DNA of 64,000 nucleotides from Spirochaetia bacterium. Lineage in GTDB: Bacteria > Spirochaetota > Spirochaetia > UBA9216. Under the pieces are notes generated by a model. The model searched no databases. It saw only the letters and a program-made list of their open reading frames with translations, and was not told the origin of the DNA. The position numbers were made by a program, and so were the translations under genes. Of this stretch, positions 38,808-46,869 are shown one piece after another. The first letter of the stretch is position 1. Each line of letters opens with the position of its first letter. The stretch spans positions 5,056,001-5,120,000 of the forward strand of contig OY776510.1 of NCBI GenBank assembly GCA_963675665.1. Direction: 5' to 3'.

Positions 38808-40187
38808 TTATCGATTCCTCTCGCGCAACTTTCTCTCAATATCCGCATGCACTTTCGCATCTATCGGGAATTTTTGAACAACGACTATACCGGCTGCAAT
38901 AAAACCAAAGGGTATCCAGGTCTGCAACAGCCGGATTGCATTTACAGCTTCAGGGATCTGGTTCATATTGGCAATGTAACCGGCTTTTGAGAGAACAGTC
39001 CCTACCAGAAATCCCGCAAATGCCGATCCAAGCTTAAAAACAAAGTAGAAAATGCCATAAAGCAGGCCTTCATTTCTTATCCCGGTATCAAGTTCCGAAT
39101 ATTCGACCGTGTCGGGAAGGATAGACCATGGTGAAAGCCAGTTGGTAGAGAGGCCCATCCCGCAGATAAAAAGAAACAGAAATATTGCCGGAATTTCGGT
39201 ACCAAACAGGCTCAGTTCCTTTTCACCGAAAAAATAGATAAGGGCAAGCCCAGCGGCCACAATTCCCATTCCGATATTATATGTGAATTTCTTACTTGTC
39301 TTTTTTGAAATTCTTACGTACATCGGAATGAAGGCTGCAGCGGTAACAAAAACAAACAAGAATCCGACAGATGTCATAGCCTCATTTACAATAACATATT
39401 TAAAATAATAACTGATAATGACTGCAAGTATACTCATTGCAACAATATGCAGGGCTGTTCCCGCAGTTATAATAATAAACGGTTTGTTCCTGAGAACAGC
39501 CAGCAACTTCGGTTTGAAGGCAGTTTTCTCTCTGTTTACAGAAACGGTCTTCTCTTTGACGGCAATAAAACTGACCAGTGTTACAACAGTTACAATGACA
39601 CCGTAAATCAACCCTATATATCTGAATGCCAGGATCTGGTTGCCGGAGACAAGACTGCCCAGAGATAAAGTAGCGCCCGCTGCAAGCAGTGTTCCAAGAA
39701 TCCCGAATATAACCCGGTAGCCTGTTATAACAGCCCGTTCATGTGAATCTTTCGTCATTGCGGGAGTCAGCGCCAGGTATGGAACGTTAACCACTGTAAT
39801 TGCCGTACAGAATAATATAAATGTTACGATTCCGTAGATGAACTTTGTTTCGCCCGGAATATCAGGGCCGAAAAATAACAGAAAAATGGTAATTCCAAGC
39901 GGAACCGCCCCGAAAAGCAGATAAGGCCGTTTCTGTCCCCACCTTGTATCGGTCCTGTCAACCAGGAAACCCATAACCGGGTCAGATACGGCATCCCAGA
40001 TTTTCGCACAAAGAATTATCACTCCTGCAAGAGCAGGCAGTATTCCGAACACATCCGTAAAAAAGAACAGAAGATAGAAACTGGTCACCTGAAAAGCAAG
40101 GTTCGCCCCGAAATCGCCTATTGCATAACCGAATTTCGTCTTCAGATTTACTTTATCGGTTCCTGTTGGTTTTGATATGGAATTCAT
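38808..40187 (-). CDS. GPH-family (MelB-like) MFS symporter
   Basis: GDFGANLAFQ, WDAVSDPVMG, RWGQKRPYLLFG, GLSTNWLSPW, PDTVEY. Confidence 0.9.
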   Translation of the reverse strand: MNSISKPTGTDKVNLKTKFGYAIGDFGANLAFQVTSFYLLFFFTDVFGILPALAGVIILCAKIWDAVSDPVMGFLVDRTDTRWGQKRPYLLFGAVPLGITIFLLFFGPDIPGETKFIYGIVTFILFCTAITVVNVPYLALTPAMTKDSHERAVITGYRVIFGILGTLLAAGATLSLGSLVSGNQILAFRYIGLIYGVIVTVVTLVSFIAVKEKTVSVNREKTAFKPKLLAVLRNKPFIIITAGTALHIVAMSILAVIISYYFKYVIVNEAMTSVGFLFVFVTAAAFIPMYVRISKKTSKKFTYNIGMGIVAAGLALIYFFGEKELSLFGTEIPAIFLFLFICGMGLSTNWLSPWSILPDTVEYSELDTGIRNEGLLYGIFYFVFKLGSAFAGFLVGTVLSKAGYIANMNQIPEAVNAIRLLQTWIPFGFIAAGIVVVQKFPIDAKVHADIERKLRERNR

Positions 40188-40190
40188 CTT

Positions 40191-40820
40191 TTATACCCAC
40201 CCGAGAATTGAGGCAAAAACGATATGACATACAACTGCGGCTGAAAGCCCTGCTGCAGCGTAGATTTTCTTCCTCCTGATGGAAAATCCGTCATGCATTC
40301 TTGCCAGCATAAAATACGGAACGGACCACCAGACAACCATGAAATAGATATTCGGCCAGCTCCAGAATTTATACTGCCACACAAGGATTCCCGAAAAGTT
40401 CAGCATTATTTCGATAAAAACAGCAAAAATACTCCACAAGAAAGGAATGACAATACGGTTTGATATTCCAAAGATCTTCAAGCTTCGGTCTTCAGGCAGA
40501 CTTTTTACAACAATCAATCCGCCCAGCGCTGCCAATACAAATATTTCAAAATTCCAACCGGCGTAAATGACGAATGCCGATCTGCCCGGAGTAGTCCACA
40601 GTGCTGAAAATTGCGTAAAATGCAGAACCAGGGCATTTACAATCTCGAGTATCCAGCCGCTTGCAAGCGAGTACAGGCCTATGAATACAGCGCTGAAGTT
40701 CTTTCTGCCTGTTTCCGAAACATAAATATAAATTATAAGAATCAGGAACGGAATAATATACCATTGCAAATTATCAAAATTTCTCAGATTCGACAGCATT
40801 TCAATACTTGCGTTTGACAT
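40191..40820 (-). CDS. Hypothetical integral membrane protein
   Basis: About 6 hydrophobic segments, Trp-rich; GGGAG RBS; first gene after an operator-bearing promoter. Confidence 0.75.
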   Translation of the reverse strand: MSNASIEMLSNLRNFDNLQWYIIPFLILIIYIYVSETGRKNFSAVFIGLYSLASGWILEIVNALVLHFTQFSALWTTPGRSAFVIYAGWNFEIFVLAALGGLIVVKSLPEDRSLKIFGISNRIVIPFLWSIFAVFIEIMLNFSGILVWQYKFWSWPNIYFMVVWWSVPYFMLARMHDGFSIRRKKIYAAAGLSAAVVCHIVFASILGWV

Positions 40821-40852
40821 TACTCTACTCCCTTTTTTGTTATCTTATCCCG

Positions 40853-40909
40853 CTACACGTGTAGGTTACACGTGTTACCCATAATAACACCGGTGTTTTT
40901 TTTTGTCAA
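40853..40909 (-). promoter_or_regulatory. Sigma70 promoter TTGACA-N17-TATTAT with tandem operator
   Basis: -35 at 40909-40904, -10 at 40886-40881; ctacacgtgtag-g-ttacacgtgtta at 40853-40877. Confidence 0.8.
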
Positions 40910-40968
40910 TTTATTATTTAATGCGTACGGATTGTAAGATATCAGGAATATCCGACAATATGGTTTTT

Positions 40969-41010
40969 AAAAAAGGAAAACCCGGACAAACAAAAAAATT
41001 GCCCGGGTTT
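40969..41010 (-). terminator. Intrinsic terminator of the TetR-SCP2-M24 operon
   Basis: Minus strand AAACCCGGGCAA...TTGTCCGGGTTTTCCTTTTTT. Confidence 0.65.
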
Positions 41011-41016
41011 CATTTA

Positions 41017-42246
41017 CTATTTTATTATTTCAATTCCCAAAGGATATTTGGAAAGGACTTCACAATCATTTTTCCTTATAACTATGGGATTCTCATATCT
41101 GAAGCCGATATCCTCATCAGAACAGGCATACTGCATTGCGCAAATAAGCATTTCACCTTCCCTGTATGAATGATCAGGATCAGTCCAGTATGGAATCGGG
41201 CCGTCGTCTCTGCCTATGCGCCATTCATCACCCAGCATTCCGATGCCGTGTTCAAAACCCGGCAGCATATACTCGCCGAAACCTTTGTCTTCCGCTATTC
41301 CCAGCAGTTCCTCCGAAAGGATATCGGGAGTTACTCCGGCCTTATACCTTTTAAGCGTTTCCTGTACTATCAGAATGAAATTCCCGGCGTGCCACATCTG
41401 CCGGTCGGTGGCTTTTCCGATAAAGTAGTTATGTGAATGGTCACCAAGACCCAGCCTGAATGTCGCATGCAGATCCACCATCAGCGGGTCACCTTCAGAC
41501 AGCTCTTTTCTTGACGGCGGGGTACATGCACATCCGGGAAGCCCGGTCCGGTACCCGCAGGCAATTTCGTTACCGCCGGTAAACGACCATTCCCATTCGC
41601 TGCCCTGCTTCCGCATTGCAAGCGCCGCAATACCCGCAATTTCCGTTTCGGTAACGCCCTTCCATCCGCCGCCGGAAAGCGCGGAAAAAACCGCTTCATG
41701 TCCTGCGTCAACCATACGTGAGGCTTCCCTGAAACGATTGACTGTTCCCTCGTCTTTAATGACGGCAATACGGTCAACAATATACTGGGCGTTTACCAGC
41801 TCGGAGCCTTCAAGCGCATCCCTGAACCCCTGGTATTCGCGGCGGGTAAGATTTCCTTCGGGCGTGTAATTGCTCATACCGTCTTCAAAGCCAACCCGGC
41901 CTTTTCCTCCGGGCAGCGCATCTTTGATATAAGCAGAAACAAGAGAAATCTGATCCATTCCGCCCATCGAAACATAACCCAACACATGGTCTTCATCCAG
42001 CCAGGATTCATCAGCAATCCGGCCCGCATCGATCAGAAATGTAAAAACCCACGGAAGGCCTTCGGCCGGAATCACAACAAAGCTGCGCCAGGGGCAGAAA
42101 GCGTCTGTAGTCCATGATAATGTTCGGAGTCTCGACCCCAGATATACATCAATTCTTTCTTCAGCCATGGCTGCCTGTATTTTTCTGATTCGTTCGGGAA
42201 AATCAACATAGTACGGGCTGTTTTTATCTGTTATAGAAGGCATCAC
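41017..42246 (-). CDS. M24 (Xaa-Pro peptidase/creatinase) fold hydrolase
   Basis: Creatinase-N-like region plus pita-bread motifs VD..GD, HGIG, RYEN. Confidence 0.8.
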   Translation of the reverse strand: MMPSITDKNSPYYVDFPERIRKIQAAMAEERIDVYLGSRLRTLSWTTDAFCPWRSFVVIPAEGLPWVFTFLIDAGRIADESWLDEDHVLGYVSMGGMDQISLVSAYIKDALPGGKGRVGFEDGMSNYTPEGNLTRREYQGFRDALEGSELVNAQYIVDRIAVIKDEGTVNRFREASRMVDAGHEAVFSALSGGGWKGVTETEIAGIAALAMRKQGSEWEWSFTGGNEIACGYRTGLPGCACTPPSRKELSEGDPLMVDLHATFRLGLGDHSHNYFIGKATDRQMWHAGNFILIVQETLKRYKAGVTPDILSEELLGIAEDKGFGEYMLPGFEHGIGMLGDEWRIGRDDGPIPYWTDPDHSYREGEMLICAMQYACSDEDIGFRYENPIVIRKNDCEVLSKYPLGIEIIK

Positions 42247-42659
42247 TCGCCTCCTTCAAATAAAGTCGGAACCTGGGAAATAACATTGTTCATCCGATCA
42301 CTTATGGTGACCAGTTTTAAAGCCTTGATCATATTTCCTTTCAGTTTCATTTTTCCGCTCATCAGGGCTTTTTGCGAACGCAGCTCACCTCTTGATACTT
42401 TCGCAAACATTTCATAATCAGCTGTAATAACAAATTCAGCATCAGGCCAGTTATCTCCTTCTCCCACAGAGACTTCGGCAAACAACCCTTCCTCCATTCT
42501 GGTATAGAAATAGTGTTTCTTGCCATCAGGACATTTTTCATATACATTTACCATTGAGGTAGATGTATGTTTGTTTGTTTCTGCACTCAGTGTTGATGTA
42601 AGTCTTTCCCGGACCGCATCGCACCACTGTTTGCTCAGATACAACAGTTTTTCAGACAT
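42243..42659 (-). CDS. SCP2 sterol-carrier-like lipid-binding protein
   Basis: AEFVITADY..GEL...KALMSGKMKLKGNM..AL; ATG 42659 after GAGGA. Confidence 0.85.
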   Translation of the reverse strand: MSEKLLYLSKQWCDAVRERLTSTLSAETNKHTSTSMVNVYEKCPDGKKHYFYTRMEEGLFAEVSVGEGDNWPDAEFVITADYEMFAKVSRGELRSQKALMSGKMKLKGNMIKALKLVTISDRMNNVISQVPTLFEGGE

Positions 42660-42705
42660 ACTGAAATCCTCCTCTTTGGCCGGCAGCTGCAACTGTCGGC
42701 TTTAT

Positions 42706-43290
42706 TTAAACAAGCACTCCCTTAAGAATTAAATCGATTGCTTCGCTGTAGTAATCCTCAAACAAATGCTTATTCGGCAGAATATAGGTTTTAACAATAA
42801 ACATTACGTATATTGAATAAAACAGGTGACTGATATGGTCCGTATCAAAATCATTCCTGAACACTCCCCGTGCTTTTCCCTCTTCAAGAATTGAAGCTAT
42901 CATTTGAATTGATCTTCCGTGTATGTCGGAAAAAAGACCGCTGTTAATGGGATCTATCGGAAAAAGGGTTTTATCTTTTATAAAAATCTCTCTTAAAACT
43001 GAATCCTCAGCCAGATATCTGTATGACAGTTCGCACATGATACGAAATTTCCTGACAGGATCTGTTTCGGAGACAAGTTCCGAAAAAACCCGGCCCTGCC
43101 ATTTCTTCAATCCCCAGGCAACCGCGTCCAAATACAGCTGCTTTTTGGATTTAATAAAGAAGTATAGATTGCCTTTTGTCATTCCCAGTCTCCGGGCGAT
43201 GGATGAAATGTTTGCCCTGCTGTACCCGAAACCGGAAAATTCTTCCAGAGCTGCCTGATATATATCTTCAATCCGTTTTTGTTTATCCAT
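42706..43290 (-). CDS. TetR/AcrR-family regulator
   Basis: AALEEFS.FGY...IARRLGMTKGNLYFFIKSK. Confidence 0.92.
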   Translation of the reverse strand: MDKQKRIEDIYQAALEEFSGFGYSRANISSIARRLGMTKGNLYFFIKSKKQLYLDAVAWGLKKWQGRVFSELVSETDPVRKFRIMCELSYRYLAEDSVLREIFIKDKTLFPIDPINSGLFSDIHGRSIQMIASILEEGKARGVFRNDFDTDHISHLFYSIYVMFIVKTYILPNKHLFEDYYSEAIDLILKGVLV

Positions 43291-43328
43291 AATTGACCAT
43301 TTTACCTAATTGTTCAATTAGTCAATTA
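43290..43328. promoter_or_regulatory. Putative TetR operator palindrome
   Basis: ctaattg-tt-caattag (43306-43321) nested inside taattgac...gtcaatta, immediately upstream of the TetR start. Confidence 0.5.
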
Positions 43329-43441
43329 TAATGCATATTTTTATATTTACAAGATCTTTTTTACATAATCAGATCAACTCATTCAGGATGTATAAGAATA
43401 TGCTTAATTACTTTATTACTATACCGTCAAAATATCTGCAA

Positions 43442-44182
43442 CTAATTCCCAAGCAGATATCTGACGGCTTCTTTAACCGCCATATGGATATTTTCGTTCT
43501 TTTTTACAGCTTCTGTAATCCTGTTAACTATATATGATCCGACAATTGCCGCATCACAATGAGGCTGCAGAGTTTTGACCTGTTCGGGCGTTCTTATACC
43601 GAAGCCGGCCATTATCCTTGAATTATATTTTTTCAGCCTGTCGAGAAATCCGAGATTAGTGACGTCCAGATCGGTATAGCTCCCGGTTATTCCGCTTCGA
43701 AGGGCCAGGTACACCCATTCGGGCTTTTCAGTCATTATCTCCGACAACCTTTCATCATCTACATCCGGAACGATAACTGGCACTATATCAATTCCGGCAA
43801 GTCTCCCGGCTTCATACAGCCCTTCATCACTGCCGGGCGTAAGGTCGGGAATAATCAGCCCTTTCACTCCGGAGCTTTTCGCACGCTCAACAAACAGTTT
43901 CACACCCATATTAAAAACAATTGCCGAATAGCTCATTATATAAACCGGAACGTCGGCGTATTCCCTTATTCGTTCAACAAGCCTGAACCCGTCGGCTACC
44001 CGAAAACCCGCTTCAAGAGCTTTGCGGCAGGCTGATTCAATAACCGGTCCGTCGGCGGAAGGGTCAGAAAAAGGAATCTGCATTTCAAGAGCGTAGGCGC
44101 CGCCGTCGATTAAACCTTTTGCCGTTTCAAATGATGATTCAAGGTCCGGATACCCTGCTATAAAATGTGTTACAAGTTTCAT
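43442..44182 (-). CDS. trpA: Tryptophan synthase alpha chain
   Basis: AGYP, EMQIPFSDPSADGPVI, IIPDL, GITG, GFGI, IVGS. Confidence 0.95.
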   Translation of the reverse strand: MKLVTHFIAGYPDLESSFETAKGLIDGGAYALEMQIPFSDPSADGPVIESACRKALEAGFRVADGFRLVERIREYADVPVYIMSYSAIVFNMGVKLFVERAKSSGVKGLIIPDLTPGSDEGLYEAGRLAGIDIVPVIVPDVDDERLSEIMTEKPEWVYLALRSGITGSYTDLDVTNLGFLDRLKKYNSRIMAGFGIRTPEQVKTLQPHCDAAIVGSYIVNRITEAVKKNENIHMAVKEAVRYLLGN

Positions 44183-45414
44183 TCAATTCTCCCGGCTTCT
44201 TCCAAAAGATAAGCCTTCCAGTTTTCGCCGTCGAGTGCGGCAGCCGAAATAAAAATATCCTTGTCTCCGCGTCCCGACATATTAACGACAAGCGTTTTAC
44301 CCTTGCCCAGTTCCTTTGCAAGCTCTATAGCAGCCGCCCCGGCATGGGCCGACTCCATTGCAAAGATTACGCCCTCGGTCCGGGCAAAAAACTTCAACGC
44401 CTCAAGGGCCTGCTCATCCGTGGCCGCCTGGAACTCGAGCCTGCCGGTTCTTCCAAGCTCCGCAAGCTGCGGGCCGATTCCCGGGTAATCAAGTCCCGCC
44501 GATATTGAATGGGTCGGCATTACCTGTCCGTCTTCATCAAGCAAAAACCGGCTTTTATATCCCTGAACAATCCCCGGCCGGCCTGCATCATCCATTCGAA
44601 CGGCATTGTTGCCCGGTCCGGTTCCGCGGCCGCCTGCTTCAACACCGATCAGCCGGGGTTTATTCTCATTTATAAACTGGCTGAAAAAACCTATTGCGTT
44701 CGAACCGCCGCCCACACAGGCAACCATTGCATCGATTCCGGCCCCGCCGGCATCTCCGGCATCTGCCAGCTGCTGTTTTACTTCCCTGCCTATAACCGAC
44801 TGAAACTCGCGGACCATATCAGGGTACGGCGACGGCCCGAGGGCCGACCCGAGAAGATAGTGGGTGTCTTTATAGCTTGCAGTCCAGTCGCGGAATGCTT
44901 CATTGACGGCATCCTTGAGAGTACGGCTGCCGGATTCAACTCCACGAACCTCGGCTCCGAAGAGTTCCATCCAGTAAACATTCGGCCGCTGTCGGCGGAT
45001 ATCCTCGGTACCCATATAGATAACACATTCCAGCCCGAGCTTTGCGCAGGCGGAGGCAGTTGCAACACCGTGCTGGCCGGCGCCTGTCTCGGCTATAATT
45101 CGGGTTTTTCCCATTCTTTTTGCAAGCAGGGCCTGGCCAAGCGCGTTGTTTATCTTGTGTGCGCCGGTATTCGCCAGCCCTTCAAGCTTGATATATATAT
45201 CGGCCCCGCCCAATTCGGCAGTTGCATTGGCTGCATGCAACAACGGCGTAGGACGCCCTATGAATGTTTTCTGAAAATCAGCAAAGGCCGCAATAAAATC
45301 AGGATCTTCAATTGCTTCACAGTATGCTTTTTCAAGTTCAATCAACGGAGCCCGCAAAACTTCAGGAACATATCTTCCGCCGAACTCACCGAAATAGTTA
45401 TTGTATTTCTGCAT
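44179..45414 (-). CDS. trpB: Tryptophan synthase beta chain
   Basis: FGGRYVPE, TGAHKINN, ETGAGQHG, CVGGGSNA, SISAGLDYPG, SGRGDKD. Confidence 0.97.
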   Translation of the reverse strand: MQKYNNYFGEFGGRYVPEVLRAPLIELEKAYCEAIEDPDFIAAFADFQKTFIGRPTPLLHAANATAELGGADIYIKLEGLANTGAHKINNALGQALLAKRMGKTRIIAETGAGQHGVATASACAKLGLECVIYMGTEDIRRQRPNVYWMELFGAEVRGVESGSRTLKDAVNEAFRDWTASYKDTHYLLGSALGPSPYPDMVREFQSVIGREVKQQLADAGDAGGAGIDAMVACVGGGSNAIGFFSQFINENKPRLIGVEAGGRGTGPGNNAVRMDDAGRPGIVQGYKSRFLLDEDGQVMPTHSISAGLDYPGIGPQLAELGRTGRLEFQAATDEQALEALKFFARTEGVIFAMESAHAGAAAIELAKELGKGKTLVVNMSGRGDKDIFISAAALDGENWKAYLLEEAGRIE

Positions 45415-45450
45415 TTTATTCCCCCGTACCGACAATACCGGCAGCACGTT

Positions 45451-46869
45451 TTATTTCATCAAAAGCCTGATCATTTTAAAATGGTCTTTTATCCCCGGAG
45501 CGGATTCAACTCCGCTTGAGATATCTATCAGTTCCGGAGAAAACCCGTTTATTATATCGTAAATATTACCGGGATTTAATCCGCCGGCAAGCCAGAGCGA
45601 CTGCTGTTTAGCAACCTTCCGAACCAATTCAGTTTCAATACGTTTGCCGGTACCGCCGTGAGCGTCCCGGCTGAATGCGTCAATTAATACAGCGGGACCG
45701 GGCAGACTGCCGGCTTCATCAACTGAATCTGCATCCTTAATTCGGACGGCTTTATAGCCGGGCCATTTCAAATATTCCGACGGCAGCTCATTTCCGTGGA
45801 ACTGAACTGCATCCAGAGCGCCCGACTTAAGCAGCGCGACGATCTCACCCGGCAAAAGCTCTTCCCGGTCAAGAACAACAACTCCCACCTTCAGGATATC
45901 GTAACTGCGGCAACTTTCGATAAACTCAGGCTCAACTTTTCTCGGCGATTCGGCAAGAATGAATCCTGCGACATCGCCGCCGAGACTGATTACAGCCTCA
46001 AGGTCGTCATGGTTTGTTATACCGCATATCTTTACCAGCGGCGCCCCTGTACGGACCCGGCTGTAAAGCTTTCGCCAGAATTTGAAACGGAAATCATCAG
46101 AACTGCGTCCTGATGTAAATGCCGCGGCAAGCTTTTCGGCAAAAGAGGCGTCCCTTACGACGGCCTCGCCGACAAGGACCGCGTTAAAACCGGAACCCTC
46201 AACAAAATCAATGTCGTATTCGGTTTTTATACCTGATTCATAGATTATCCGGCAATCCCAGTTTATCATGGTTCTGATTTTCAGAGGCTGCAACGGCTTA
46301 ATTGTAAAAGATTTGAGATCACGGCTGTTAATTCCTACCAAATCGGGGCGGAACCCGGCCGCTTTTTTAATATCATCTGAACTGTGCAGTTCGACAACCG
46401 GCGTCATTCCCAGCTTCAGTCCGAGTTCATACATCGATCGCAGTTTTTCCGAATCAAGAAGCGACGCAATAAGAAGAAAGGCATCTGCACCGGCTTTGTA
46501 ACTGATCTCGACATCTTCTTCCGAAATCAAAAAATCTTTTCGCAGAATCGCGGTCTGAGGCAAGGCGGTTTTTATTTTAATCAGATCGTCAAGCGACCCG
46601 CTGAAATAATTCTGTTCGGTTAGAACGCTGATACTTTTAATACCTGCCGAGACATAATTCCGTGCCTGGGCAACCGGATCAAGCCCCGTATTGATATTAT
46701 CAACCGACGGAGAGCGTCTCTTTACCTCGCAGATAACACCGGGCTGCTGTAAAAACGGGACAAGGGGAAGTATGCGCTCTGAAGGGATCTTTATTCCCTG
46801 TGCCGCCCCTTTCTGTTTTATATCCTCAGCACGCCTGGCTGCGATCTCCGCCCTGATATCCGGTTTCAT
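45451..46869 (-). CDS. trpCF: Bifunctional indole-3-glycerol phosphate synthase / phosphoribosylanthranilate isomerase
   Basis: EVKRRSPS, SVLTE, LRKDF, ESGI, then VKICGIT, QFHG.E, GGTG, LAGGL, SSGVE. Confidence 0.93.
   Translation of the reverse strand: MKPDIRAEIAARRAEDIKQKGAAQGIKIPSERILPLVPFLQQPGVICEVKRRSPSVDNINTGLDPVAQARNYVSAGIKSISVLTEQNYFSGSLDDLIKIKTALPQTAILRKDFLISEEDVEISYKAGADAFLLIASLLDSEKLRSMYELGLKLGMTPVVELHSSDDIKKAAGFRPDLVGINSRDLKSFTIKPLQPLKIRTMINWDCRIIYESGIKTEYDIDFVEGSGFNAVLVGEAVVRDASFAEKLAAAFTSGRSSDDFRFKFWRKLYSRVRTGAPLVKICGITNHDDLEAVISLGGDVAGFILAESPRKVEPEFIESCRSYDILKVGVVVLDREELLPGEIVALLKSGALDAVQFHGNELPSEYLKWPGYKAVRIKDADSVDEAGSLPGPAVLIDAFSRDAHGGTGKRIETELVRKVAKQQSLWLAGGLNPGNIYDIINGFSPELIDISSGVESAPGIKDHFKMIRLLMK

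Noticed and set aside
44509-45519. 336-aa plus-strand ORF
   Set aside because: Antisense shadow of the GC-rich trpB gene
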